64,000 bases of DNA. It comes from Cladosporium halotolerans. Taxonomy: Eukaryota. The DNA lies in contig NW_027191463.1 of NCBI RefSeq assembly GCF_011745625.1, positions 1 through 64,000 on the forward strand, given 5' to 3'. Position 1 is the first letter of the stretch. Each line of letters begins with the position of its first letter. This document shows positions 33,722-45,734 of this stretch, in pieces. The notes under the pieces were generated by a model. That model had not been told where the DNA came from. It saw only the letters and a program-made list of their open reading frames with translations, and did not search any database. Position numbers and translations under genes: made by a program.

Positions 33722-36199
33722 TCACGCTACCATGTTTTCACCCAAGAGCACCTCACTAACAAACCTCATCTCCCAGCCACGCCCCGCCGCATCGCCGTCC
33801 CTCTGGGCGCGAAGTTCGTCAACGTCCAAAGCTAAAGTGGTAAGCCATTTTGCCGCCTTAGCCGTGTTCTCATCTTGCTGGTCGCGTACTGCTACGCCGT
33901 TGAGACGCACCGGCAGACTTGGCTCATGCAGCAGAGCGAGTTTGCCATCAGCGGTACGCGTGGTTTTGGGCGGAAGCGCGCGCATGCGAAGCAGTGTCGT
34001 GAGCAAGCGAGCGAAATGTGGACCTTGTGGCCATAACGTCGAAGGAGCAGGCGCCGATGAAGGGTATCCAGGCGGCCGTGACTGGGGATGTATGTTTGGG
34101 TCGGCCGCTGCAGCGCCTTCGGGGAACGAAGGATCCAGCGCCTGGTAGAATGCTGTTATGCGCTCGACACAGTTCAACAGAATTATGGCGGAGATAAACG
34201 TGGCGAATGCTGAGACCTGCTGCCGTTGGAGAAGGCGGCGCTCCAGCTCGTTCATCACCGCCTTGCTCAGGCGGTGACAAGTTGTTTCCGTGGCCGCCAG
34301 CAGCTGGGCGCGGATAGTCCTGTAGCCCGACGACCCTTGGCCCAGAGAGAACGACGACTGCTGAGCGTCATCTAACCAAGTAACGACTTGTGAATCTTGA
34401 CTTGCCAAAGTTTGAGCGTTATATCGTAGCTCCAAGGTTTCAGGCTGCGTCGATACAAGGAAGCTTGTCTCAACCCAAAGCTCAATCACGTTCTTGAGAA
34501 GCACACTTGGCGAGATGTGATTCGTGCGCGTCTCTGTCTTGTGGCTCGAAGAATTTTCTTGCAGTTTCTCATCCTCCAATAACGAAATTGCCTCGCGTAG
34601 TGTTGCTTGTACGAACGCGCTGCCTTCGGTTTTGATGCACTCGTCGATGATTTCAGGATTTGCACAGTAGTTCGAGATCTTTTGTGATACCATTCCATCG
34701 TCCAGCGTAATTGCTTGAGTTTCATCGCTCGTTTGAGGCGCCGTAGTCGGGTGAACTGCTTGTTCAAATCCTTGTCCATTTGACCCAAAGGGCCTCTTGG
34801 TGCTTAGCGTCATGGCAATCGCGGAATCTGGAACTAACTTGACTTCCAACCTGCCAGGCAAAGCTGCATATCCCATGGGGTGTACGACATCAGACACTTC
34901 CGCCACCGCCTGCGATTGGAAGTATGACGTTGCATACAACGTAAATTCTTCGGCGAGCTTAGTTCTGAAGCATGTGCCTTTCCAAAGCCGCGCAGAGTCA
35001 ACTTTCTTGCAGCTATCACATGGTGTGCCCTCAGAGCAAGGTTTCTTTAGCATGCGACATCGCATGCAAGCGCCACGTTTCCGGATACTCTGAACTTCCT
35101 TCCGCCTAATGTCTGTGAAGCGGGCTCGGGCATTGGTCTTGTCGGTCCGCTGAAGAAGACCGAAGCCTGGATTTGGTTCATTCGACGGTGGGTCTTGTTG
35201 AGTGACAAATTCCTGCGGCGCTTCTGCCCAACTCGAAAGATCTGCGTGAGATTGCGTCGTTGATTCTTCGTGGGATGGCGGCCCTTGATTTCCCGCAGCG
35301 ATAACAGGTTGGCCAGCCAGTTGCGGATCGATCGATGGGTCATTTTCATGATACGGTGCTTGCTCCAATTGTTGGCTAGCAGCCGTCGCCGTCTGCACAA
35401 GCGGCATAGGGATAGCAGCAGTAGTGAAGGCTGCATTTTCAGCACCGACCTGCGCTTGCGCATGAGGCTCATAGGTCGAGTACATGGGCATGTTATTCGA
35501 TTCATTCATTCCTGGAGTATTAGCAACACCTGGATTTTGGCGTTGCAAAGCCGCCAATAGCGCCTGCTCAACAAGGGATCTGTCAGACTGCCCAAACGCG
35601 GCAGCATCTTGATGTTCCCCTACGTAGTCATCTCTCCGCACGGAATAATCCAAGTGCCGGCGAGAGACCTCAGCAAGTGTATCAAGTGCTGATTGTTGCC
35701 GTTGCATCAGCGTATGAGGTGGCAAGTTCGCCGGTGGTGCGGGTTGCATGCTTCCTTGCATGTGATGCGGTATTGGCTGTCTTCGGTCGATGGGATCATC
35801 CGAGAACGTCTGTTGCGCCAATCCAGGATGAACATTCGATGTCATCTGCGGTTGTGAATATGCCGAAGCCCGCGCGCTGGTCTGATTTCCTATTGCCTGC
35901 TTCTTCGCTTTCGCTGGTGCACTAGAGGTATTTTGCATCTGCATGAAAGCATGATTGCGATCTTGTTGGGTCATGCCTGGGCAGCGCTTCCAAAGATGAC
36001 CCAACATACCATCGATGCGGCCTTTGGCAAACTTGTTACTCTCTAGATCAGCATATACCTACCTGTTTCAAATAGATTTGGTATGGCCTACATGTTCGCC
36101 GCATTTCTTACAGGTGTGCTGGTAGCGGTTGCTTGAATCTTCCAGCTTCTGCCCGCGGTGGAAGAACTCTCCCACCACAACGTTCGGGCGACGGCCCAT
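33722..36199 (-). CDS. Zn(II)2Cys6 transcription factor with an N-terminal BED-like zinc finger
   Basis: Exon 1 36199-36092 (MGRRPN..HTCKKCGEH), intron 36091-36032, exon 2 FAKGRIDGMLGHLWKRC. Internal ACMRCRMLKKPCSEGTPCDSC. Confidence 0.8.
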
Positions 36200-36503
36200 G
36201 ATGGCGCCGCCTCCCTCCGTCGACGGGTGCTCCTGTCGTCGTAGGTGAGAATGTCTTAATGCGCTTCGCGCAATGTGATAGGTGCGCGTCCGTTCTGCCG
36301 GCAGTAAGTGAAAAGCGGTGTCGTTGGAATCAGCCTGAGCGGGCGCCCTGGGCCAAAAGCCGAGCTACGGAGGACGGAACGTTTCAACTTCTCAGAACGT
36401 CATGCTGTAGCCGATGGCACTTAAGGCATCAGCAACGCGTATCTCCCAATTGTCGCAAGATAACTTGGTTAACTAGGGTGCCAGACTCCGACTCCTCACC
36501 AAA

Positions 36504-37277
36504 ATGTCTTTCTCCTCCACGCCCGTATACATAAACTCCCCAGCAACACAACCAACCTCAGCATTCTACACATCAACACCCCCTCCGCCCCCACCCAAAC
36601 CCTCAGGCTCATCAACACCCACACGTGGGCCTCCCTTGCCTCCACCGCCGCCCGGACAACAACAATACGAAGTCTCCGAGCTCGACGGCAACTCGAGCTA
36701 CGCAGCCCAAACCCGAGGCCCACCACAACCCTCAATCCCACCCATCGACCCCAACTGGCTCCCCCAAAGCCTGAAAGAGAAGAACACCGCAGACCTGCAC
36801 GACCTGCTCCAGAACCCCGACCTCCAAGCCGCCCTCCTCAACGACCCGAGCACCACCCACCCCGCCGTCCCCGCCTCCCAACAGCCCCTCCAGCCCCTCA
36901 TCGAAACCAACATCGCCCTCGCCGACTCCCTCCTCCAGCTCGAAGCGCGCCTGTCCCGCCAGCGCGAGCAGACGCAATCCCGGCTATTGGCGCTGCGCGC
37001 GCTGGAGCAGCAACATCGGTCAAAGCTCGCGGAGACGGAGGACGCGCTGCAGTCGTTCAGCCCCATGGCGCTGTACCAGCGGCTGAGCGCGAGCGTGCAG
37101 GAGCAGGAGCAATTGGTGCGTGGGCTGGAGGAGAGTTGGCTTGACGAGGGCGGGGTGGCGTCGGATCGGGAGATTGGGGAGTTTGTGAGGAGGGTTAAGG
37201 AGGATAGGAAGACGGGGTTCTTGAGGGCGGAGAGGAAGAGGAGGTGGGATGAGGGGAGGGTGGGAGGTTGGAGGTGA
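36504..37277 (+). CDS. VPS37: ESCRT-I subunit Vps37/Srn2 (Mod(r) domain)
   Basis: Pro-rich N-terminus, coiled coil, FSPMALYQRL..LEESWLD..FVRR..R..WDEGRVGGWR. Confidence 0.8.
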   Translation: MSFSSTPVYINSPATQPTSAFYTSTPPPPPPKPSGSSTPTRGPPLPPPPPGQQQYEVSELDGNSSYAAQTRGPPQPSIPPIDPNWLPQSLKEKNTADLHDLLQNPDLQAALLNDPSTTHPAVPASQQPLQPLIETNIALADSLLQLEARLSRQREQTQSRLLALRALEQQHRSKLAETEDALQSFSPMALYQRLSASVQEQEQLVRGLEESWLDEGGVASDREIGEFVRRVKEDRKTGFLRAERKRRWDEGRVGGWR

Positions 37278-38341
37278 GCAGAGGGGTTCAGTTGAGATGA
37301 TGGTTTGAGGGAGCCATGTGGACTTGCCATTGTTGGCCAGATGGGAATCTGCGTCGAAAGAAAAACTACTATCTGCAAAATGCCTAATTTGCCAATGAAT
37401 CGCAATGCTGGCACTATACGAAGAGCGAGCAAACACTCGACGCGAGCTCCAACGGTACCGGGATGGATTGAAGACATTTCCGGACTCTGATCCAGTCAAA
37501 GGCATAGGCCTTGGGAGCGTTGGAGCGGGTGCAAGTTGCGGCTCCCTTCAAGCGACCTAGGGTCTAGGAAGCCCAGCACTGTACATCCGCATCTTGAAAG
37601 ATGGTAGTCACAGGAATAAGTGGTGGGTAGGACTGTTGCGGGCCGAGCAGTCGGCTGGTGTGAATGGGTTCTCTAGGTCAAGTCGGAGGTATCTCCAACG
37701 GACGCTTGTTGAGGTCAAACGGATCAATGCGTCTGGTCCATTGAGAGCTCAAGGGCCATAGGCGGAAGTTGTGACAACAGTTGAAGCTTTTCAGCCTCAA
37801 GGTAGAAACTATTGAAGCTGTCTAATCTCATGCAGGCGTGCTCTCGTAAAAGTGTGTCTCATATTGACGATCTAGTGGCAGTGACGTTCCGAGGATAGAG
37901 GGAATGAGAAGGTACTAGCATGTACAATAGACGCTGGAAGACTATGGTCCCGAATCGTTTGGTTGCAATACTGATTTCACGACATGTTCGTAGTTCTGTA
38001 AAAACTCGGATCACAGTGGTCCGCTCGTCCGAACATAGGTAGCATGAGAAACAGTGAATGATAGAGCGAAAGATGTAGAAGGTCGGGGTTGCAAGAGCAA
38101 GGGTTCAGCGCCAGCGCGGGAAATCTGCAACCACTCTCTCCCCAAAGCCCACTCTCCAACGTCGGGCGACGCGCGCAGCGCGCTGCTCCCCATTTTGTCG
38201 CGTTAAATCCAGCATCACGTGTTCGCCGCCCTCTCTGCCCATTGAATCCGTTTGCCACGCCATCTTTGCCGTCGCTTGTGAGGACGCCTGCGACGACAAA
38301 AGCACACTTGCTCTGAGAGAAAGCTCACATCATACGCCACC

Positions 38342-39358
38342 ATGCCGCCCCGGAAGAGCACCGCCTCCAACCCTCCGGACGACGGCGCCGAGCCCACGCC
38401 CGCGCCTGCGAAAGCGCACAAGGAGAAAGATGGTCTTGGGGTTGAGGTGTGTTTGCGGTCCTTTGTGATTTGCGATGATTCTAAGACTGACCGCCGCGAC
38501 AGGACCTCACGCTGCCGAAATCGATGATCGCCCGCCTGGCGAAAGGCGTCTTGCCGGCCAACACGCAGATCCAGAAGGATGCGCTGCTGGCGATGCACAA
38601 GAGCGCCACGGTGTTCGTGAGCTATATTGCTTCGAAGTACGTTTGATTCTAGCATCCTTGCGGACTAAGGTTGAGATGTCCCGCCGCTCTCGATCTCGAG
38701 ACTAACTTCTTCTTCGCCGACAGCTCAAATGACCTCGCCCGCATGGGAGGCAAGAAAACCATCTCCCCCCAGGACGTCATGTCCGCGCTCAAAGACGCCG
38801 AGCTCGAGGGCTTCCTCCCCCGGCTCGAGGCGGAACTGAAGAGTAAAACGCCTCCCTGACCCTTCCCCCCTACAAAAGGGACCGAGCTAACAAATGCTTC
38901 TAACAGAATACAACGACACACAATGCGACAAGCGCAACAGCTACCGCCACCGCGTGAAGGCGGAGAAAGCGGCCGCTGCTGGCGGCGCGGCGGGCGAGGC
39001 GCTCGATGCGACTGATGCCTCGCTGCTCGCAGCACAGCTGAATGGTGTTGCGGACGGGCAGGAGGGCGCTGAGGGCGAGGGTGGTGAGCGGCCGGCGAAG
39101 AAGTTCAAGGGCGAGGGTGGGACGGTTGTCATTACGCCGGGCGAGCCGGTGGATGATGCTGATGTTGAGGAGATGGAGGAGGAGGATGGGGATGAGGGTG
39201 AGGATGGCGAAGACGAGGAGGAGGGCGATGATGATGAAGGGGAGGAGGACGACGAGGATGGTGCTGATGAGGCGATGGAAGGTGTGGAGGGTGGCGAGAT
39301 GGATGGGCGAGGGGGAATGAGGGATGAGGCGCTAGATGATGGGAATGAGAGTGACTAG
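38342..39358 (+). CDS. DPB4: Histone-fold protein, DNA polymerase epsilon/CHRAC subunit Dpb4
   Basis: Exons 38342-38446, 38503-38636, 38724-38842 and 38907-39358. DLTLPKSMIARLAKGVLP..QKDALLAMHKSATVFVSY..KKTISPQDV; acidic tail. Confidence 0.92.
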
Positions 39359-39988
39359 TTGAGAGGGACTTCTTGGGCGTTTATTCTTACTTGTTTTCTG
39401 CATAGCGATGGTATTTATGGGCCTTGGCATGGTCCCGCAACTCGTTCGTCTCGATTTCCAACGGATTCAGTACCTCCGTGAAGGCCAGCTCTCTCCGGCC
39501 CACAAGCATCATTATCCCTGAGAGTGTCGGGAGAGGGAGACCACGAAGCAAACAAAGCGATTCGGCAAGTCTGTAACGATTGTACTTGCCATCTGGATTT
39601 ATCTAACGCGCTCGATTTCCGTCCCGACTGTCTCGGAACAGGCTCATCATTGCAGCGACCCGACTCACCGACATATTTCCCTTGAGGGGATCTTGAGCGT
39701 AGTGCGAAGAAATGCGATTGCCAAGTCACACACCGCGCAGTAGGTGAAAGGCGACCTGAGGAGGGCCTCACCACAATCGTACATTCGCGTCTAATGTGTC
39801 TTGTTAGCATAGCCCTGCAGACAATCTGTGTGCGACTGTACTCATTGGATCGAAGTACTTACATAACACCAGCCCGTGATGTCTGTCCCCGTGCGTGACC
39901 TCTTCTAGTCAGGCGATTGATCTTACCTCGTCCGCCAGTATACACGGGACGCAGCGCCATAGCTTTATCATTTCCCGTAGACCGCTAC

Positions 39989-41140
39989 TCATCCAAGCTG
40001 GCTCAGAATCGGGTCGTCGCCGCGGCCGTCAGGGGAGTTCCCGAGCTGTTCAAGGATCCGCTTAAGCATGCGATCTTCTTGAGCTGTATTCAAGTACCTG
40101 ACTTTGTTGCAGAGCTTGCACCAGCGGGAAGCTTCCTCCGATATCACCTTTCCACAACCGCAAAGCATCCTCTAGTATCATTAGTGGGTCTTGTGTGCTC
40201 GATTGGAGAAGTTAAGAGTGCATTGCTATCAATGGCGAGACTCACCTTCTCAAACCCGGCCTTTCGTGACAAAGTGACCCTGTATTGATGCCGCGAGGCT
40301 TTAAGGTCTGCCTTCTTCGCCAGTACGCAGGGGATGCAGCGCCAGACCTCGACAAGGCAAGTATAGATGCTGCATTGACACTGAAGTTTTAAGGGTACCC
40401 TCTCCCTATTATAATGATTCTCCAAGTACTGCCTGCGACGTCGTGAGGTTCCCGCCTTCCATGGGCGCCGCCGCGTGATGTGAAGCGGATGGCAGTCGTC
40501 GCAAAGATAGAGGCGACTGTAGGTGTGAGCCACCTTAAGTGCTGTCTTAAGCTCCAGCGACCTGCTACTGTGGTATTCCTCTGTCTTCATGCCCTCAAGC
40601 CAGTATGGTTCCTCGGAATTTCGTTGCTCAATGTCATCCCAATCGTCGTCCTGGGAGTAGCTCGCGCCAGGTCGCCACTCTAAACAGTTCCAGTAACCAT
40701 AATGAGTGTGGAATCGGCATTGCTGCGAAGGTCAGTCAGTCAGACCGCATTCCATCCATAGCAGCGCGGAAAACTAAACGCACGTCGCAAACCATAGCTC
40801 CACAATCCGCGCAAGGCTTCGCATCCTTGCCATGGCACGCTACATCAGCTTTCGCAGGATCACCTCGCCAATGCTCGAACAGGCCCGCACGCATAGCGAT
40901 GCCGATGCCGTCGCACGACGTTTGCGCCATGAGCGTCTTCAGGGTAGCGCGATCAGCACCGATGTACAGCCAATGCTCCTTCGAGACCTCGGCGAGATGC
41001 ACGAGGTCGGCGCTGTCGAGGTACCCGCAGAGTGAGAAGAGGAGGTCATAATTGGAGAGGAATTTAGTGAGAGGCGACACGACGGCAGAATCCGTAGCGG
41101 TCTCAGCCTGGTGCTGAGCTTGGCTTCGGGTCTGCGGCAT
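39989..41140 (-). CDS. Cysteine-rich F-box-like hypothetical protein (~338 aa)
   Basis: Exons 41140-40784, 40722-40246 and 40171-39989 join in frame with canonical introns. F-box-like NYDLLFSLCGYLDSADLVHLAEVSK; CADC..VCDQC, CDDC, CQC, CIPC, CGCG, CKLC. Confidence 0.7.
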
Positions 41141-41809
41141 GTTGGATTGTGCAGTGGTTCCAGGATGGGCTGAAGACTGCTGGTCGGCTTGCTGAGGCGT
41201 CTCGGCGGAGAGGGGTTGAAGTTTCTCGATGTGCGCGATGGTTGTTGCGTGGCGCGTGGTGGTTCGCTTGGAGAACAAAAAAGCGGTGGTTGTGAGGAGC
41301 AGTCAGTGACGCGAGGAAGGCGCGACGGTGCCTGGAAGTCACCGGAGCGCTGTGGCACGTCGTGAGCCCGCGCTCTGCAGCGAATGAATGTGTGATTGAA
41401 GAGGGAAATCTCTGAGGGGATGCGGGTGAGACGATGCAGATTTAGGTCGCGATTGAATGCAATATTCACTCTTGCATTCTAGCCCATTGTACGGCTTTGG
41501 TGAGCTGAGTTTACCTACGTGGGCGTGTCGAGGAGGGGAGCGAGGCCGCTCGCTATTGCTGATCCTGTAATGCGCGCTGAGCTGCGATGCAGCCACCCCT
41601 CCTTTCCCGGGCTGCCTCTGATTGTGTGCGCCCTGGCCGCAGGCTGAAGAGCCGCGAGGCAGATGGCATGAAGCACCGTCACTCCATCATTTCCGGGCGC
41701 AATTTCTCCTCCGTAAGCAACATTAAGAGCAGTTAATCTCCTTCGTGTCAGGAGGAAGATCGCCAATGTTCGCCTACAGAGTTGCCATTTTTCCAACGCC
41801 ATCATCCCT

Positions 41810-42454
41810 TCAAGCTGCCGCAGCAGTAGCGCCCTGCTGCGCCTGACCCTGCTGCTGCTGCACGAGCATCTTCTGCCTGAGCACCTCCTCGATCATCCTT
41901 AGGTTGTTCGCCTTGCCATTGACCACATTCTCCAGGTCCTTGATGTTCTTGCCCAGCTCCTCAATCTTCGCCGCGTAGAAAGTCAACGCATCGTCCGTCG
42001 TCTTCTCCACGTAGAAGCCCGTGCCGATGTCAACGAGCACGTGGCTTGTGCTGGCGAGCTTGCCGGGCACGTAGAGGGAGGAGGTCAGAGGGACGAGGAG
42101 GGTTTTGTCTGGTGGTGGAGGGTTAGTGAGGTTCTCGTGCCAAGAGGTGACCTTGGGCCGGGCGGTGCGTACCCTGCACGCTGGAAGCGACGCCCTCTTT
42201 AACACTTGTGACACAGTCCTTGAACTTCTGCTGCGCAACGCGCAGGTTTTGGTAGGAGTTGGTCAAGTGCTGGACTTCTTCGTCGAATTGCTTCTTGACC
42301 TGCGAGAGCTGCTGGACGCTGAGCGCGTCCAGGTTGACTGGGAAGGAAAACAGGTATCAGCACGTGACGTGGGACATTATACTACTGCTAGATGCTACAG
42401 GAAGCAGCGACGTGTGCTGGGCTTACTCTGGTTCCCCTTGCCGGCCTCAGCCAT
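41810..42454 (-). CDS. GIM5: Prefoldin subunit 5 (alpha type)
   Basis: Exons 42454-42427, 42337-42173 and 42108-41810. LSVQQLSQVKKQFDEE, LLVPLTSSLYVPGKL..VLVDIGTGFYVEK. Confidence 0.94.
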
Positions 42455-43319
42455 GGTTTGCGAATTGTCGATTGTCCGATGTCACAAACGTGTGAAGTCG
42501 GCCGATCGGCCGCTTCGTTCGCTGGGCTTGGAGGGGCAGCTCGGTGCGAGAGGCTACAGCGCACATCACCGCTGCGCACGGACGGGCGAGCAATAATTTT
42601 TTGTGCGATCAGCGTGCCTACACTCGTCGCCGTACAGGGCGATGGAAGTCGGGTTTGCAGGCCCTGATTCTGCACATGACCGTCTAGGTTCCGACCGCTC
42701 GAGAGTTCGTCCTCGTGTGGGAGCAGATCAGCATCGTGCCCAGAGGGCAGGCTCCTGACTGTCAGGTATTATTCAGCCGCGCCTGCTATCGCCGGCATCG
42801 CAGGCGGTGCCAGCCATGCGCCAGACGAGCGCCAGACGAGCCCCTCCAAGGCACCGAAGTCGACAGCGAAAGTAGCCTGATCGAGGACGCCGCGGGCAGC
42901 CGGCGGCCAATGAGCGGGCGCAGCGGAGGCAGCAGGTGATTGAGTTCGTGCCGATGCGGGCGGCGGGCTTCCTTGGTGTCAAGCGCAGGGCGCAGGGCGA
43001 AGGCGTGACACGGCCGAGCGAGGTGGGCGCAGGCCTCAACCTTGCATGCGGTGTCCCACTGGGGAGCGCGCGGCGGGGCTGAGGACGAACGCCGTGTTGA
43101 GCCGCGCAGGTTGAGGGCCACCTGTGGGAGCGACGCCGGCCGTTTTCCGCGGCAGGCAGATAAGGCAACCTGAGGCAAGGCGCCGAGTGAGGTGAGACCA
43201 GACGGCGCGGTGAGGCCGATGCGGGCGTTGCGTGAGGCGGGCAGGCGCGGTTGCAGCGCGGTGCTTACACATCCATAGAGCAGGGCAAATGGGAGGAATC
43301 CCGGCAGCCTCACAGCAGC

Positions 43320-43361
43320 CAGCACAGCACACCCAGCACAGCACACCCAGCACAGCACAGC
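43320..43361 (+). repeat. Short tandem repeat of CAGCA/CAGCACACC units in the cpcA upstream region
   Basis: cagcacagcacacccagcacagcacacccagcacagcacagc. Confidence 0.7.
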
Positions 43362-43544
43362 GCTGCGCCGGCTTCACGTTTCACGTCGCGCAGGCGATCG
43401 ATGCGCGCATCCAATAAATCACAATGCACCCCACCGCCGCGCGCGCCCTTCTCCGCCCTCACCGGTAGCCAACGGCGATTACCTGCGATTACCTGCGCAA
43501 AGCCCTGCCGCTAGCCCGCCTGAGGCCTTAGCGCGCTGCTGCCT

Positions 43545-43553
43545 GTGACTCAC
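43545..43553. promoter_or_regulatory. Gcn4/CpcA response element (GTGACTCAC) upstream of cpcA
   Basis: Perfect TGACTCA about 150 bp upstream of uORF1. Confidence 0.7.
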
Positions 43554-43697
43554 ACGCGCACACGCCCAAAATCCGCCCGCCGCCTGCCCGTCCACCCGCC
43601 CTACAAAGCCGCCCAGGCCCGCACCTCAGGCTACCGCTCTTACTCCCCCTCATACCCCAAACGCACTCACAAACCACACCCATACGAAGCAGACACC

Positions 43698-43715
43698 ATG
43701 GCTGCTTCCATCTAG
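43698..43715 (+). promoter_or_regulatory. cpcA uORF1 (MAASI*)
   Basis: ACC ATG G context; 5 codons; position matches the known cpc-1/cpcA leader architecture. Confidence 0.85.
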
Positions 43716-43873
43716 ACTCCGTCGCCCACCATACCCGGCTTACCCAACAACCGTACCAACTCCACTCTTCAAGAGATCCCTCGGGACCTCTCACACAACG
43801 CTTCCTGTCGTAACGACTTCCAAGCCTTCGTGATCTCCAACCCGCCGTCCACCACGGCTTTCTACGAGCAATC

Positions 43874-44017
43874 ATGGCTTCCACCACCATCGGTTCCATC
43901 CGGCCTCACGCCCAAACCAGTGTTCAATCAAGACTTCGAACTGCTGCCGCCCCCTCCGGCCCAGCCAGCTCCCGCCCAAGCGCCCTCGCACGCTTCAACG
44001 CTGCATCTTTCGTCTAA
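43874..44017 (+). promoter_or_regulatory. cpcA uORF2 (47 aa, MASTTIGSIR...ASFV*)
   Basis: ATC ATG G context; out of frame with the main ORF; ends upstream of the main ATG. Confidence 0.85.
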
Positions 44018-44204
44018 ACCAGCCAATAGACCCGCCCTTGCCTACGCGCACTCGGCTCCCAACTCTACTCAGGCCTTTAGCGACCAGCGATCCCTTTCCC
44101 AGCGGAACTCCTCTCGACCACCAGTGCCTCTATTCCACTCCAACTCGACCGGAAACATCCCGGCTTCCAAGCACCAGCATACCATAAACCACAGTGATAA
44201 CACC

Positions 44205-44993
44205 ATGGTTGGCTCAGGTACTTCAGCTCTTGCGTCTGCCAACGTGTCTAGTCCGGCACTAACCTCGCGTCCAGCGAACGTCGCCTACCACGACACCATG
44301 GCCGACCTCGGCGCGTTCGAGAACGGCGCAAGCTTCGGTGACTTCAACATGTTCACCGACTTCGCCGCTCTCAGCGGTAGCAACAACGCTGCTACCGTTT
44401 CGCCGAAGGATCTCTTCAACGGGGCCGACTCGGTGCCGCCGTCTACTTCGTTCACGAACCTGACGACCCCCGGGTCGACTTACCTTGAGACCCCGGAGAG
44501 CTACAATGCATCTCCGCTTTTCAACGACACGCTTGACAACACGTTTGGCTTCAGCAATGACAACAGCACTGCGAACTTCTTCCCGGAGCTCGACTCTCTT
44601 GTCCCTGCCCCGACCATGGAGCGTACCACCTCCAACTCCAGCAACAACCCCATCATTGTTCACCCTGGCGGACCGGCTCACAACCGCAAGCGCAGCTCGA
44701 CTGCCGCTTCCACTGCCACCTTCGCCCGCCCGTCCTCTGTTGCTGGTGTCAACGCGAAGAAGCGCGACAAGCCTCTTCCGCCCATCATGGTCGATGAGCA
44801 CGACACCGTTGCTCTCAAGCGTGCACGCAACACTGCTGCTGCACGTAAGTCGCGAGCTAAGAAGGTTGAGGAGCGCGATCAGCTTGAGTCTCGCATCGCC
44901 GAGCTCGAGAACGCCCTCGCCGCCTCTCAGCGCGACGTCGAGTACTGGAAGGCCCAGGCTCAGGGCTCAGCTATCGATGACCAGAGCATCTAG
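44205..44993 (+). CDS. cpcA: Cross-pathway control bZIP transcription factor (Gcn4/Cpc-1/CpcA)
   Basis: TVSPKDL..SVPPSTSFTNLTTP, KPLPPI..DTVALKRARNTAAARKSRAKK plus zipper. 57-nt intron 44218-44274; two uORFs. Confidence 0.95.
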   Translation: MVGSGTSALASANVSSPALTSRPANVAYHDTMADLGAFENGASFGDFNMFTDFAALSGSNNAATVSPKDLFNGADSVPPSTSFTNLTTPGSTYLETPESYNASPLFNDTLDNTFGFSNDNSTANFFPELDSLVPAPTMERTTSNSSNNPIIVHPGGPAHNRKRSSTAASTATFARPSSVAGVNAKKRDKPLPPIMVDEHDTVALKRARNTAAARKSRAKKVEERDQLESRIAELENALAASQRDVEYWKAQAQGSAIDDQSI

Positions 44994-45734
44994 AGGATGT
45001 TCCAGTTCTCGCAGCTGCCTTGACCCGGCCGACAAGGTCTATCATTCCTCTTGACAACACACTTTTGCGACGATGGTGGTGGAGATGAAATCTCTCCATC
45101 CGCTTTTCCACTCATGCTTATTGATGATGGCAGTGTGTGAGCTTTTGCTCCCGTCTCCTATTGCGAGTGTCTGCTCGACTTTGAGCTCTTTCTATTTGCT
45201 TTCTCACTGTTTGTTCGCGCGGCCGTTTCTGACGTCTCCCGCGTAATGCGCGGTGATTGACTCGTGGCCTGCACTTCATGTTTGTAATGGGTTTCATGGT
45301 TTCTGTTCGGTATTGGTTCGATCCTAGCTCAAATAGCTGCAAAAGTCACTGTCTCTATCTTGCAATGTTGCAATCAACCAAACAATATTCGTCTATCGCA
45401 TCCCATTTTCATGTCACCACTGCCTACTACCCTCTACTCCTGCTGCCTCAGCCTAGGCATCTCCGTCACCAGCCAGTCACCTTCACTCCGCTGCCCCGCT
45501 GGCAGCCCCACTGGCTCTGTTGGAGTGACGTTCGCCCCACACCAGCAGTTCGCCAACTTTACTCTTCACTTTACTTCCATTCCGGCCTGCATATCCTCTG
45601 TCCAACCGCCTCAAACCTCCGCTGTGTAGTCCAGTGCATTCCTCGCTTTGCTCAGTTGACCGTGTGTGTATCATTTGCACCGCCCACAAGCGACAAACTC
45701 GCCGATCCCAACGCGAAACCACCCACAAGCGCCA

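Noticed and set aside
40640..40722. Apparent frameshift in the Cys-rich F-box gene
   Set aside because: On re-reading, exon 2 is in frame throughout.
45257..45734. Long N-terminal extension of the OPI3 ORF in the track
   Set aside because: Reads through UTR and intron sequence. The spliced model from ATG 45735 gives a normal PEMT.
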